Positions 38,353 to 51,676 are shown, numbered from the stretch's first letter. The stretch: 60,277 nt of DNA from Sulfurospirillum sp. (GCA_045047115.1 JASFYR010000002.1:1-60277); one strand, 5' to 3'. Notes: generated from the sequence alone by a model not told the origin. Numbers and translations: made by a program.

Positions 38353-38502
38353 CTATTTTTGTATAAATTTCTTACAGCCTTTTTGAGCTGTTCCTCCATT
38401 TGTTGAGTGTTCTGTTGCACCATCTAAGTATAATTTGTATCTTTTGCACTCATCTTTTTTTATGCATTTATCGTTATTGCATGCTAGTATTTTTTTGTCC
38501 AT
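38353..38502 (-). CDS. 49-aa four-cysteine microprotein, not in the ORF track
   Basis: MDKKILACNNDKCIKKDECKRYKLYLDGATEHSTNGGTAQKGCKKFIQK; TAATG overlap with the DUF134 stop; AGGAG RBS. Confidence 0.75.
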   Translation of the reverse strand: MDKKILACNNDKCIKKDECKRYKLYLDGATEHSTNGGTAQKGCKKFIQK

Positions 38503-38789
38503 TATCTCTCCTGTACTTCTAAAATTTTATGATTCAAAAGGGCATCAGCTATCTTTTTTCTAGCTGATTCTATAAGCCTTGAGAAAGTGGGACGAGATAT
38601 ACGCATTTTATCGGCACACTCTTGTTGGTACAAAGATTCAAAATCAGCAAGCCTTATAGCTTCCATCTCATCTTCATACATAACAACGCTCTCTAGTAAA
38701 TCCCCTCTAACCCCACAGGGTTTGAAGCAGATTTCACTATGGTCTGCGTTTATTTTTCTGTTTTTTCGTCTTCTTCCACAAGGATTCAT
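38502..38789 (-). CDS. DUF134-family helix-turn-helix protein
   Basis: FKPCG, DEMEAIRLAD.E.LYQQECA..M.ISRPTF.R...SARKKIADAL. Confidence 0.9.
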   Translation of the reverse strand: MNPCGRRRKNRKINADHSEICFKPCGVRGDLLESVVMYEDEMEAIRLADFESLYQQECADKMRISRPTFSRLIESARKKIADALLNHKILEVQER

Positions 38790-38799
38790 TTTGTAGCCT

Positions 38800-38847
38800 T
38801 TTTGAACATATGTTCGGAATTATATCGAACATATGTTCAAAAGTCAA
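38800..38847 (-). promoter_or_regulatory. Sigma70 promoter overlapped by two GAACATATGTTC palindromic operators
   Basis: Minus strand TTGACT (38847-38842), 17 bp, TATAAT (38824-38819); palindromes at 38804-38815 and 38827-38838. Confidence 0.8.
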
Positions 38848-38864
38848 GAGTAAACATGAGAATT

Positions 38865-40730
38865 TTATCTTTTCTGAGCCATCTTTACATAAATATGGAG
38901 TATGTCGATAGCAGCGGGGGTTATGCCACTGATTTCGCTTGCTGCGAAGAGGGTTGGAGGGTTGAATTTTTGTAGTTTTTCCACCACTTCATTGCTTAAG
39001 CCTGAGATGGAGCTAAAGTCCATCATTGGTGGGATTTTTATGTTCATCATATCTTTCATTTTGTCTATTTGGTTTTTCTGTTTTTCTATGTAGTTTTTGT
39101 ACTTGGCTTCGACTAATATCTGCTTTTTAGCGTCTTTTGAGAAATTTTCAAATATTGGCGAGAGTTTTTTGAGTTTTTCCAAATCAAAAGATTTTCTTGC
39201 TACTATCTTCTGTAGGCTTACTTTGTCTGTGATTTTATCTTCATCAATCTCTGCTAGAAAGGCGATATTTTCCTTTGATGGTGTAAGTGTAGTCTCTTCT
39301 AAAAAAGCCAAACCCTCTTTTATCTTAGAGATTTTTTTGACTATTTTGTCGTAAGTATCTTCATCTATAAGACCCATTTTATATCCATAAGAGCTTAGTC
39401 TTATGTCTGCATTGTCTTCACGAAGCAGCAGTCTGTACTCAGCCCTGCTTGTAAACATACGATAAGGCTCTTTTGTTCCTTTTGTTACTAAGTCATCTAT
39501 CAAAACACCTATATATGCCTCATCTCTGCGCAGTATAAACGGCTCCTTGTCTTCCAATGCAAGACTTGCATTTATACCTGCCATCAATCCCTGCGCTGCC
39601 GCCTCTTCATATCCTGTTGTTCCGTTTATCTGACCGGCTAGATACAAGCCCTCCATCTTTTTGGCCTCTAGCGTATGTTTTAATTCTGTGGGGTCTATGT
39701 AGTCATACTCTATCGCATATCCATAGCGGACTATCCTTGCATTTTCAAGACCGACAATTGATCTTATCATAGTCAATTGCGTATCTGGTGGTAGCGAGGT
39801 TGTTAGACCGTTTATGTAGTATTCGGTAGCCTCTAAAGTTTGTGGCTCAATGAAAAGATGGTGTCTGTCTTTGTCGCTAAATCTGTTGACTTTATCTTCT
39901 ATGCTAGGGCAGTATCTGGGACCTGTTCCCTCTATCTGACCAGTAAAAAGTGGAGCTCTGTGAAAGTTATTTGATATGATGGAGTGGGTATTTAGATTGG
40001 TATATGTAATGTAGCAAGGGAGTTGATGGGGGTTGAAGTTCTCTGCATCTGTTCTAAAACTAAAAGGTTTTGGCGACTCATCACCGCTTTGTTTTTCCAT
40101 CTTTGAAAAATCTATGCTTTTTGCATCGATTCTCGCACATGTTCCCGTCTTTAAACGACCTAAGTTTAAGCCAAATTTTCTAAGTGAATCAGATAGATTT
40201 ACCGATGGAAATTCGCCAAATCTACCTGCATTTTGTTTAAACTCCCCTATATGAATCAGACCCTTCATAAATGTACCGGTCGTAAGGATGATTTTTTTGG
40301 CTTTATAGATGTTTCCAAGGTGTGTTTTTATGCCGGTTACTTTTTCTCCATCACTTAAAATATCTTCCGCTATCTCCTGAGAGACGGTGAGGTTTTCTGT
40401 GTTTAGTACGATATTTCGCATAAAGATTCTGTATCTGTCCATATCGATTTGAGCTCGACTTCCTTGAACTGCAGGACCTTTTGATTGATTGAGGATTCTA
40501 AACTGTATGCCTGTGGCATCGGTTGTTAAGCCCATCTGACCACCAAGTGCATCTATCTCTTTTACAAGATGTCCTTTGGCAAGTCCACCGATAGCAGGAT
40601 TACAACTGGCAGCTCCTATTTGTTCGACCAAAATCGTTAAAAGAAGTGTTTTGTGTCCGAGTCTCGCACTTACAAGTGCAGCTTCGATGCCGGCATGTCC
40701 CCCGCCAACTACAATAATATCATATTTCAT
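38865..40730 (-). CDS. mnmG: tRNA uridine-5-carboxymethylaminomethyl synthesis enzyme MnmG (GidA)
   Basis: [57 protein letters not shown]. Confidence 0.98.
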   Translation of the reverse strand: MKYDIIVVGGGHAGIEAALVSARLGHKTLLLTILVEQIGAASCNPAIGGLAKGHLVKEIDALGGQMGLTTDATGIQFRILNQSKGPAVQGSRAQIDMDRYRIFMRNIVLNTENLTVSQEIAEDILSDGEKVTGIKTHLGNIYKAKKIILTTGTFMKGLIHIGEFKQNAGRFGEFPSVNLSDSLRKFGLNLGRLKTGTCARIDAKSIDFSKMEKQSGDESPKPFSFRTDAENFNPHQLPCYITYTNLNTHSIISNNFHRAPLFTGQIEGTGPRYCPSIEDKVNRFSDKDRHHLFIEPQTLEATEYYINGLTTSLPPDTQLTMIRSIVGLENARIVRYGYAIEYDYIDPTELKHTLEAKKMEGLYLAGQINGTTGYEEAAAQGLMAGINASLALEDKEPFILRRDEAYIGVLIDDLVTKGTKEPYRMFTSRAEYRLLLREDNADIRLSSYGYKMGLIDEDTYDKIVKKISKIKEGLAFLEETTLTPSKENIAFLAEIDEDKITDKVSLQKIVARKSFDLEKLKKLSPIFENFSKDAKKQILVEAKYKNYIEKQKNQIDKMKDMMNIKIPPMMDFSSISGLSNEVVEKLQKFNPPTLFAASEISGITPAAIDILHIYVKMAQKR

Positions 40731-40826
40731 ATATGTAAATTCCTTGAAAAATATTAAATCATTATAGCTTATTTTGTATTAGTTTTTAAATAACTGATAT
40801 AATTTCAAAAAAATTATGGAGAAGAG

Positions 40827-42770
40827 ATGGAAAAGTTTTTAAAATTTAAAGTTAATATGGATAGCTTTATCGAGAATCTGGAACAAAAGATTAGCAAAAA
40901 CAGTGAAAAAATAGATAAATTGCTTAGTATAGAAAATAAAACATTTGCCAATTTTGTAAAGCCATTAGAACTTATGGAAGAAGAGTTAGAAGAGTTTTTT
41001 ACTCCTCTTTCGCATATAAATTCCGTGAATAACAGCGATGAAACACAAAAAGTCTATACCGAGTCTTTGCCTATCATAACAGAGTATTCTACAAAACTCT
41101 CGCAAAATCTTGATATCTATAAAGCTTTTAAGCAGATAGAAAAAAATGAGAATTTAAATGCTGAGCAAAAAAGGGTAGTTGAACTAAATATACAAAATTT
41201 TGAGTTAAGCGGAGCAAATCTTGATGAAGAGAAGAAAAAAAGACTAGAAGTTATCAATCTAAGATTGAGTGAACTTTCAAATGACTTTTCTCAAAATCTT
41301 ATAGATGCCATAAATAAGTATGAATTGATTTTGGATGTTAAAGATGTGGAGGGTATCAGTGATGATGACAAAAAAAGCTATGAAGTTGAGATTGACGGAG
41401 TTAAAAAGTATAAGTTTACATTGCAGATGCCGCCGTACATAACTTATATGACTTATGGACAAAACAGGCAAATTAGAGAAGAACTATACAAGGCCTATGT
41501 TACCAAAGCTCCGCAAAATGCGAAGATTATAGATGAATTGATGAAGCTTAGACAAGAGATGGCACAAATCTTGGAATTTGATAATTATGCACAGTATTCA
41601 ATAGCTCCTAAAATGGCAAAAGATGAAAAAAGTGTTATTGATTTTTTACAAGAACTGGCAAATGCGGCTAAGCCGTTTGCCATCAAAGAGTTGAAAGAAT
41701 TGCAAGATTTTGTAGATGTTAAGCCTTTAGAAAGTTATGATTTGTCTTTTTATGCCGAAAAATTAAAAAAATTAAAATATAATTATGATCAAGAACTCTA
41801 CCGTCCATATTTTGAGCAAACTTCCGTTGTACAGGGACTATTTAAATTTTTAAATTCACTTTTTGGAATAGAGTTTGTTAAAAATGATGAAAAATTATGG
41901 GATGAAAAAGCATCTTCTTATGATATTTTGGTGGATAGCAAAGTCAGAGCCAGGATATATCTTGATTTAGAGAGCAGAAAGGGAAAAAGAGGTGGTGCGT
42001 GGATGCACAATTGGCAAAGTCACCATATAGATGAAAAGGGAGTAGAGCACCTCGCTTCAGCCTTTGTTGTAGCAAATTTTCCAAGTTCAAAAAATTCACC
42101 ATCTCTTCTAAGACATGATGATGTAGTGACTCTGTTTCACGAGATGGGCCATGCTCTTCATCACATGTTGAGTATCGTTAGGGAAAATGGCGTAAGTGGC
42201 ATAAATGGAGTAGAATGGGATGCAGTAGAGTTTCCGTCTCAGTTTTTGGAAAATTTTGCTTATGAGCCGAAAGTGCTGAAGATATTTGCCAGACACTATA
42301 AAAGTGGTGAAATACTTAGTGATGAGATGATAGATAAAATCGTAAAGGTCAAAAATTTTGAATCCGCTCTTGGTATGCTTAGGCAGCTGGAGTTTTCACT
42401 CTTTGATTTTAAGCTTCACCAAGCTCTACATGTAGAGGATGATGTTCAAGGCCTGCTAGATGAGATAAGAGAGGATTTCTCCCTGATAAAACCACCATCT
42501 TACAATAAATTTCAAAATAGTTTTGCACATATATTTGCAGGTGGTTATGCTGCCGGGTATTATAGCTATAAATGGGCGGAAGTTCTAAGTGCGGATGCTT
42601 TTTTTGAGATTGTGGACCAAGGAATATTTGATACAAAATTTGGTAAAGATTATCTAAATATCATATTGGGACAGGGCGGAAGTAAAAGCATGAGAGAGCT
42701 ATATAAAGAGTTAAAGGGCGAAGATGCGCAAGTGCAGAGTTTGCTTCGTTTAAATGGAATTGGTGTATAA
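40827..42770 (+). CDS. prlC: M3-family oligopeptidase A
   Basis: KRGGAWM, TLFHEMGHALHH zincin motif, WDAVEFPSQ, GYAAGYYSYKWAE. Confidence 0.93.
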   Translation: MEKFLKFKVNMDSFIENLEQKISKNSEKIDKLLSIENKTFANFVKPLELMEEELEEFFTPLSHINSVNNSDETQKVYTESLPIITEYSTKLSQNLDIYKAFKQIEKNENLNAEQKRVVELNIQNFELSGANLDEEKKKRLEVINLRLSELSNDFSQNLIDAINKYELILDVKDVEGISDDDKKSYEVEIDGVKKYKFTLQMPPYITYMTYGQNRQIREELYKAYVTKAPQNAKIIDELMKLRQEMAQILEFDNYAQYSIAPKMAKDEKSVIDFLQELANAAKPFAIKELKELQDFVDVKPLESYDLSFYAEKLKKLKYNYDQELYRPYFEQTSVVQGLFKFLNSLFGIEFVKNDEKLWDEKASSYDILVDSKVRARIYLDLESRKGKRGGAWMHNWQSHHIDEKGVEHLASAFVVANFPSSKNSPSLLRHDDVVTLFHEMGHALHHMLSIVRENGVSGINGVEWDAVEFPSQFLENFAYEPKVLKIFARHYKSGEILSDEMIDKIVKVKNFESALGMLRQLEFSLFDFKLHQALHVEDDVQGLLDEIREDFSLIKPPSYNKFQNSFAHIFAGGYAAGYYSYKWAEVLSADAFFEIVDQGIFDTKFGKDYLNIILGQGGSKSMRELYKELKGEDAQVQSLLRLNGIGV

Positions 42771-42796
42771 TATTTGAAGAGGCGAAAGGATATATT

Positions 42797-43678
42797 GTGA
42801 GCATTAAGAAGCCATCTTTTGAAAATTTGAAAGATATATATGAAGACGAACATCAACAAAAATTGGTTACAGGACTTTTAAGCAGTCAATCTTATAAAAT
42901 AGCCGAAGAAGACGAGATGTTTTTGGAGTCGTATGAAGCAAGAGCTATTAGACTTGAGCTTGATTATTTAAAGGCTGAATTGGCTCTGAACAGTTTTGGG
43001 ATAAAACATACCGTAGTTGTTTTTGGAAGTGCCAGGATAAGAGAAGAAAAAGTTGCCAAAGAGATATTGAAATCTTTTAAAGGCAAGCTAAAACAAAATC
43101 AAAATTCCGAACATTTACAACAAAAAGTTGCAAGAGCCCAAAAGATATTGGAAAAAAGCAAGTATTATGATGATGCCAGAGAGTTTGGGAAAATTGTGGC
43201 ACTTGAGGGTAAAGATCTTGATAACTGTCCTGTGGTAATTGCTACAGGAGGAGGACCGGGCATTATGGAAGCTGCCAACAGGGGAGCCAGTGATGAGGGT
43301 GCGAATTCGGTGGGTTTTAATATAAACCTGCCTAAAGAGCAATTTCCAAACCCTTACATCACACCTGAGTTGTGTTTTCAATTTCACTACTTTGCAATCA
43401 GAAAACTACATTTTATAAATCGTGCAAAAGCTCTTGTTGTATATCCCGGTGGTTTTGGTACACTTGATGAACTTTTTGAAACAATGACTTTGATACAGAC
43501 TAAAAAAACTGAAAAAATACCGATCGTTTTGATTTCTGGTGATTATTGGTCAAGGATTATAAATTTTGATTTTTTGGTAGAAGAGGGTATGATATCCAGT
43601 GAGGATATAAGGATGTTTAAAGTAGTTGAAAATGCAAGAGAGGCTTGGGAGTATATTGTAAAATGGTATAGCCGATAA
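42797..43678 (+). CDS. LOG-family (TIGR00730-type) nucleotide phosphoribohydrolase-like protein
   Basis: VFGSAR, TGGGPGIMEAANRG, PGGFGTLDE. Confidence 0.9.
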   Translation: MSIKKPSFENLKDIYEDEHQQKLVTGLLSSQSYKIAEEDEMFLESYEARAIRLELDYLKAELALNSFGIKHTVVVFGSARIREEKVAKEILKSFKGKLKQNQNSEHLQQKVARAQKILEKSKYYDDAREFGKIVALEGKDLDNCPVVIATGGGPGIMEAANRGASDEGANSVGFNINLPKEQFPNPYITPELCFQFHYFAIRKLHFINRAKALVVYPGGFGTLDELFETMTLIQTKKTEKIPIVLISGDYWSRIINFDFLVEEGMISSEDIRMFKVVENAREAWEYIVKWYSR

Positions 43679-43688
43679 AGGATAAATT

Positions 43689-45086
43689 ATGGCAACAGTT
43701 ACATCTTACGGTGCGGCAGAAGTAGTCACAGGTTCAGCTCATTTGCTGGAAATTGAAAATGGTCCGAAAATTCTGATAGATTGCGGAATGTTCCAGGGAG
43801 AAGAAGAAGATCAAAACCAAAAAGAGTTTGGTTTTGATCCAAATTCAGTTGATTTTCTTTTGATTACTCATGCGCATTTAGACCATGTCGGAAGAGTTCC
43901 AAAGTTGCTTAAAGATGGATTTAAAGGCTCTATAGTTGCTACTGCTCCGACTTGTGATTTGGCCGAAGTAATACTTTTGGATGCTGTGAAACTGATGCGA
44001 CAGGAGTATGAAACAAGATTTAAAAAAGCTCAGCGAAAGGGAAGAGAAAAGGAAATTGAAGAACCGCTATATAAAGAGAATGATGTCCAAGCTGCCTTTG
44101 ATCTTCCGTGGATTTTTCCTAAATATAATGAAAAAATTAAACTTTGTGATGATGTATATATTACCTATCAAGATGCCGGGCATATTTTGGGTTCATCTTT
44201 TATAGAGATTAGATTTAAAGAGAGAGGAGTCTGGTACACTATAGTTTTTTCCGGGGATTTAGGAAATGATAATGATATAGTTTTACCTCCACTTCAAGCT
44301 TGCAAAGAGGCAGATTATCTGTATATAGAATCAACATATGGCGATAGAAATCATAAGAATCTAAATGACAGTTTAAACGAATTTAAAAAGATTGTAATTG
44401 ATACTATGCACAATTGGGGCAATATAATTATACCTTCTTTTGCAGTAGAAAGATCACAAGAGTTGCTTTGCATACTCAAAGATATGTATATAAAAAAGGA
44501 ACTGCCTGAATGCAAGATATTTTTAGATTCTCCTATGGCAACCCGCGCTACTGATGTATATAGAAAATATGCTGATCATTTAAGCCAACATTGTCAAAAA
44601 AACAAAATCAAAGATGGTACGGTTTTTGATTTTGAAAATCTTGTTTATACGCTTGAGGCCAAAGATTCCATAGCTATAAATGATATACAAAGAAGAGCAA
44701 TTATCATAGCAGGTAGCGGTATGTGCACTGGAGGACGAATTTTGCACCATTTTAAGCACCGTCTGTGGAATCAAAAAAATGCTGTGATTTTTGTAGGTTA
44801 TCAAGCAGTCGGCACGCTTGGAAGAAGTATCGTTGATGGAGCAAAAAATGTCAATATATACGGAGAGGATATAATCATAAAAGCGGGTATTCATACGATA
44901 AATGGTTTTTCTGCTCATGCTGACCAAAAAAGTATGCTTTCTTGGATTTCAAAGATAAAAGACCTTAAGAGGATTTTTTTAATTCACGGGGAAGAGGACA
45001 AGCAAAAAATATTCAAAAAAGTACTAGAAGAAAAGCTAAATAAAAAAATACATATAATAAAACCACAGGAGAGTATCTATTTATAG
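43689..45086 (+). CDS. MBL-fold/beta-CASP ribonuclease-like hydrolase
   Basis: THAHLDH, AGHILGS, SGDLG, ESTYGDR, FSAHAD, HGE. Confidence 0.92.
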   Translation: MATVTSYGAAEVVTGSAHLLEIENGPKILIDCGMFQGEEEDQNQKEFGFDPNSVDFLLITHAHLDHVGRVPKLLKDGFKGSIVATAPTCDLAEVILLDAVKLMRQEYETRFKKAQRKGREKEIEEPLYKENDVQAAFDLPWIFPKYNEKIKLCDDVYITYQDAGHILGSSFIEIRFKERGVWYTIVFSGDLGNDNDIVLPPLQACKEADYLYIESTYGDRNHKNLNDSLNEFKKIVIDTMHNWGNIIIPSFAVERSQELLCILKDMYIKKELPECKIFLDSPMATRATDVYRKYADHLSQHCQKNKIKDGTVFDFENLVYTLEAKDSIAINDIQRRAIIIAGSGMCTGGRILHHFKHRLWNQKNAVIFVGYQAVGTLGRSIVDGAKNVNIYGEDIIIKAGIHTINGFSAHADQKSMLSWISKIKDLKRIFLIHGEEDKQKIFKKVLEEKLNKKIHIIKPQESIYL

Positions 45087-45125
45087 TGCTATGGTTATGT
45101 TATAATTATATAAAAAAGAGAAGAT

Positions 45126-45734
45126 ATGTTTACAGGACTTATAAGAGAGTTTGCTACGGTTGTTAGTTATCAAAACAGTGTTTTAACCCTGAAAGCCAAA
45201 TATAGGCCGGGTATTGGTGACAGTGTGGCAGTAAATGGTGTCTGTTTGACTGTTATATCACTTGGTGATAAGACTTTTGGGGTTGAACTCTCAAATGAGA
45301 CAAGAAGCATAATGGCGGTAAAAAATCTTAAAGGAAGAGTCCACATAGAGCCTGCTATGAAGCTTAGTGACAGGCTTGAAGGTCATATAGTTCAAGGACA
45401 TACGGATTGTGTTGGAGTCATAAAATCCATAAATAAAAACCAAAATGCAACAGATTTTTATATAACTTATCCGCAGAAATTTTTTAGATATATCGTTCCA
45501 AAAGGAAGCATTGCCATAGATGGAGTGAGTCTGACTATAAATGATGTGACAAAAGAGAATTTTAGACTCACTATTATACCCCACACACTCTCTCAAACAC
45601 TTTTTGGTGAATACAAAATAGGACAAGAGGTAAACATAGAGACCGATATGTTTGCAAGATATATCTATCATATGATAAGTAAAGAGAAGGGTTTAAGCTG
45701 GGAAGATGTAGACGGTATGATGGCTAGATTTTAG
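45126..45734 (+). CDS. ribE: Riboflavin synthase (alpha chain)
   Basis: MFTGLI, GDSVAVNGVCLTV, GHIVQGH, KGSIAIDGVSLT. Confidence 0.96.
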   Translation: MFTGLIREFATVVSYQNSVLTLKAKYRPGIGDSVAVNGVCLTVISLGDKTFGVELSNETRSIMAVKNLKGRVHIEPAMKLSDRLEGHIVQGHTDCVGVIKSINKNQNATDFYITYPQKFFRYIVPKGSIAIDGVSLTINDVTKENFRLTIIPHTLSQTLFGEYKIGQEVNIETDMFARYIYHMISKEKGLSWEDVDGMMARF

Positions 45735-46411
45735 ATGAGATACATCTTTAGCGATAGATTTGGAGGTGTGAGCAAGCCCCCGTTTGAGAGCTTGAATTTA
45801 GCTTTGCATGTAGAGGATGATTTTTTTGCTGTAGTAAAGAATAGAGCAGTTCTGGCTAAAAAACTAGGCACTCAGAACCTGGTCTTTATGGAGCAGGTTC
45901 ACAGGTCAAATGTAGAGATTATCACTAAAAAAAAGAGTCAGACAGTTTCACAAACTGATGCCTTGGTGACAAATATAAAAGGTGTGGCACTTTGTGTTAT
46001 GGTGGCTGATTGTATCCCTGTTTTGTTTTATGACAAGCTAAAAGGTGTCGTAGCAGTTGCACATGCGGGTAGAAACGGTGTAAAGGAAAAAATCGCAAAT
46101 AAAACTATCCAAAAGATGCAAGATAAGTTCTTTTCTAAAGTGGAGGATATAATGATATATATAGGTCCGTCCATAAAATCCTGCTGTTATGAGGTAAAGG
46201 ATGATGCAACAAAAGGCTTTGAGAATTATCTGCATTCAGAAGGCGAGAAGATATATCTCGACATAGTCTCAAAGTGTATAAATGACATGAAGAGCATGGG
46301 TATAATAGGTAGAAATATAAAACTTTCACCTATTTGTACTTGTTGTGATAAAAACTACTTCTCATACAGAAGAGACGGAGAGACAGGCAGATTCTGCGGA
46401 GGAATTGTTTT

Positions 46412-46415
<4 letters not shown>
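45735..46415 (+). CDS. pgeF: Peptidoglycan editing factor/purine nucleoside phosphorylase (YfiH family)
   Basis: SLNLALHV, QVH, ADCIPV, HAG, GPSI..CCYEV, FSYRRDG.TGR. Confidence 0.93.
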
Positions 46416-48741
<2,326 letters not shown>

Positions 48742-48767
48742 TTATAACACTAAATTCTTAAGTTTTG

Positions 48768-50558
48768 TTAAAAGTTTTTAGATCTTGCAACTAGACGAGG
48801 AGCCGGTTTTCCTATGTAGTAGCCCTGGGCATAATCTACACCCATATATGTGACAATATCCAAGATAGTCTTTGAGTGTACATACTCTGCGATAGTTTTA
48901 ACTCCAAGTTTTTGTGCAAAGTCAACTATTGTTTGGGAAATTATTCTCATATCTTCATTTTTATCTATATTTTTTATGATGCTTCCGTCTATCTTTATGT
49001 AGTCAGGCTGAAGCTTGACGATCCTCTCAAAGTTGGAGTATCCACTACCAAAATCATCTATAGCGATTTTAGCACCATATGATTTTGCCATCTCGATGAA
49101 CTTCAGGACTATATCATAATTGTCAATTCCCTCACTTTCAAGTATCTCAAAAACAACCCAGGAGCCTATGTCGTACTCATTTAAAATATCAAGTATGAAG
49201 TTCATAGTTTTTTGATTTAATATGTCTAAAAATGAGAGATTTATTGAAAATTCATTTGAAGAGTGTTTGAAGTTGTCAAATGCTTTTTTTATAAGACTTC
49301 TTGAGAGTGACGGATATAGTTTTGAGTGTTTTGCGATCTCAAGAAATTCATAAGGTGAAAGTATGGAATCGTTTTCTTTTTTAATTCTCATAAGTGTTTC
49401 GTATTTATCTATTTTCTTTGTTTTTACATCCATAATTGGCTGATAGTATGGGATAACCATATCGTCTTTGAGTGATTTTTTTAAGATATTTATTGTTTTG
49501 ATATTTTGTAGATACTCCTCTTCTTTGTTGCTTGTTGAATCATAGATTATATAGGTTTTTTTATTTTTCTTTGCTTCTTTGTACGCTATAGAGGAGAGTT
49601 TTAGAAGATTAATTTTTCCTTGGGCAGCGCCGATAGTGAAGCTTATATTTACATCTATACTCAAGCATCTTAAGCCATCTTCTGTGATTTTTTTGGATAT
49701 GGACTTTAGATAAATTTTGAGTTCATCTTTATTGTATGAAAAAGGAATCAAAATCGCATATACATCTGCTTCAAATTTGTATAGTTTGGAATTTTTAACA
49801 GGAAGATTATCCTTTAGCCATTGTGCTGTTGCTACAAGAACTTCATCACCAAATTCATTCCCATATATGCTGTTTATTGCTTGAAACGAGTCTATATTTA
49901 AGATAATTAAAGTTAGGTTTTGTCTTTGATTGAAGTTTAATTTGTCTTTTATTAACTGCATTCTATTTGATAGTTTTGTATGCGAATCAATAAATGTATT
50001 TTCATGTATAACTTTTTTGACTATCATTAATTCTGTCAAATCATGTCCAATCAAGAGGTATTCTTTAGAGGAGTTTTGGTCATTTCTTATAGGAATAATA
50101 GAACATTTTATATATACCTGCTCTCCAAAAGGAATTTTTAGATACAAAACCCCTTCCCACGACTGGTCGTATTTGAGTGTTTCGTAAATTTCATTTTTTA
50201 TTTCAGCTTGATTAATGAGAAAGTCATCCAGTGTTCTTCCCAGACATTCATCTTTTGAGCATAATGTGAGTTGGCAAAAAGATCTGTTTACATAATTTAT
50301 GGTAAAATCTTCGTTAAATTTTGCTAAGGAAGAGCTGTTTTCAAATGCATCAAGATATGCCTGTTTTGGATTCTTTTCTTCATTTTCTTCATTTTCTTTG
50401 TCTCTTAAGAGTCTTATTAGATTTAGAAGCAGTATAAACATTACAAATGCAAGCAGGGAAAAAGAGATGATTTTCGGACCCTGATTTACGGAAATCAATA
50501 GTGAAAATATTAAAAACATCATGATAATATTTAGATATATCTTGTATGTTTTTTTCAT
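48768..50558 (-). CDS. Membrane-anchored PAS-GGDEF-EAL protein, probable c-di-GMP phosphodiesterase
   Basis: Two TMs, PAS, degenerate GGDEF (FEADV), EAL domain with YETLMR and DDFGSGYS. Confidence 0.9.
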   Translation of the reverse strand: MKKTYKIYLNIIMMFLIFSLLISVNQGPKIISFSLLAFVMFILLLNLIRLLRDKENEENEEKNPKQAYLDAFENSSSLAKFNEDFTINYVNRSFCQLTLCSKDECLGRTLDDFLINQAEIKNEIYETLKYDQSWEGVLYLKIPFGEQVYIKCSIIPIRNDQNSSKEYLLIGHDLTELMIVKKVIHENTFIDSHTKLSNRMQLIKDKLNFNQRQNLTLIILNIDSFQAINSIYGNEFGDEVLVATAQWLKDNLPVKNSKLYKFEADVYAILIPFSYNKDELKIYLKSISKKITEDGLRCLSIDVNISFTIGAAQGKINLLKLSSIAYKEAKKNKKTYIIYDSTSNKEEEYLQNIKTINILKKSLKDDMVIPYYQPIMDVKTKKIDKYETLMRIKKENDSILSPYEFLEIAKHSKLYPSLSRSLIKKAFDNFKHSSNEFSINLSFLDILNQKTMNFILDILNEYDIGSWVVFEILESEGIDNYDIVLKFIEMAKSYGAKIAIDDFGSGYSNFERIVKLQPDYIKIDGSIIKNIDKNEDMRIISQTIVDFAQKLGVKTIAEYVHSKTILDIVTYMGVDYAQGYYIGKPAPRLVARSKNF

Positions 50559-50740
50559 TGTTTAATCGCCACCCTTACCAAGTTTTTATTAGAAATAGCA
50601 ACAGAACTCTATCCAAAATTATGTTGAAATTATCTTAAAATTTTATCACACATAAAAGTTTTTAATAGACTAATACCTATATCGACATTTTGAAGCAAAA
50701 TTTAAATAAAATTTGAGTATAATCTCTATTCGTTTAAAAT

Positions 50741-50804
50741 CTCACACATGCCAATCCTTGAAAGGTTGCAGAAAATTTCTGTTGATGGGCATGGAGGCTA
50801 AACC
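50741..50804 (+). ncRNA. rpsB (S2) leader autoregulatory RNA
   Basis: CTCACAC...GGAGGCTAAACC ends with an internal CATGCC/GGCATG stem; TATAAT at 50718-50723. Confidence 0.65.
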
Positions 50805-50830
50805 AAAAAAATTAACATAAGGAGAGCTTC

Positions 50831-51676
50831 ATGGTAGCCATGAAAGACTTGTTGGAATGCGGTGTACACTTTGGACACCAAACTAGAAGATGGAATCCAA
50901 AGATGAAAAAATATATCTTTGGTGAAAGAAAAAATATCTATATTATAGATTTACAAAAAACACTTCGTTTTTTCAGATACACTTACAATGTAGTAAAAGA
51001 TGCTGCGACTGAGGGACAGACAATGCTATTTGTCGGTACTAAAAAGCAGGCAAGCCAAGCAGTGAAAGAGTATGCTGAAAAATGCGGTATGCCGTATGTA
51101 AATCACAGATGGTTGGGCGGAATGCTTACAAACTATCAAACTATCAAGCAATCAATCAGAAAACTGGACATCATCGAAAAGATGGAAGAAGACGGACAGA
51201 TTGACCTTTTGACAAAAAAAGAAGCTTTGATGCTAAAGAGAAAGAAAATTAAACTTTTGGATTATCTAGGTGGCATCAGAGAGATGAAAAAAATCCCTGA
51301 TATGATTTTTGTAATAGATACTGTAAAAGAAAAAATTGCGGTCCAGGAAGCCAGAAGACTCGGAATTAAAGTTATAGCACCACTCGATACAAATTGTGAT
51401 CCTGACCTTGTAGATTTACCGATTCCCGGAAATGATGATGCTATTCGTTCAGTTAGACTTTTCTGCAAAGAGATGGCAGAAGCCATGAATGAAGGCAGAG
51501 AGATAAGGGAACAAGACGCAGCAGCCCAAGAAGCCCAAGAAGTATCGGTTAGTGATGAAGAGAAAGCAGCAGTTGTAGACGAAGCTGTAAAAGATGAGAC
51601 ATTGGTTAGTGAAGAAGTAACCCAAAAAGTTGAAAAATCTCAAGAAGAATCAAAAGAAGAGACAGAGGAAAAATAA
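50831..51676 (+). CDS. rpsB: 30S ribosomal protein S2
   Basis: [40 protein letters not shown]. Confidence 0.99.
   Translation: MVAMKDLLECGVHFGHQTRRWNPKMKKYIFGERKNIYIIDLQKTLRFFRYTYNVVKDAATEGQTMLFVGTKKQASQAVKEYAEKCGMPYVNHRWLGGMLTNYQTIKQSIRKLDIIEKMEEDGQIDLLTKKEALMLKRKKIKLLDYLGGIREMKKIPDMIFVIDTVKEKIAVQEARRLGIKVIAPLDTNCDPDLVDLPIPGNDDAIRSVRLFCKEMAEAMNEGREIREQDAAAQEAQEVSVSDEEKAAVVDEAVKDETLVSEEVTQKVEKSQEESKEETEEK

Noticed and set aside
38804..38838. GAAC-N4-GTTC as a Gram-positive-type LexA (Cheo) box
   Set aside because: The match is real, but the operon has no DNA-repair genes and its first gene is itself an HTH protein, so autoregulation is more parsimonious. Not formally excluded.
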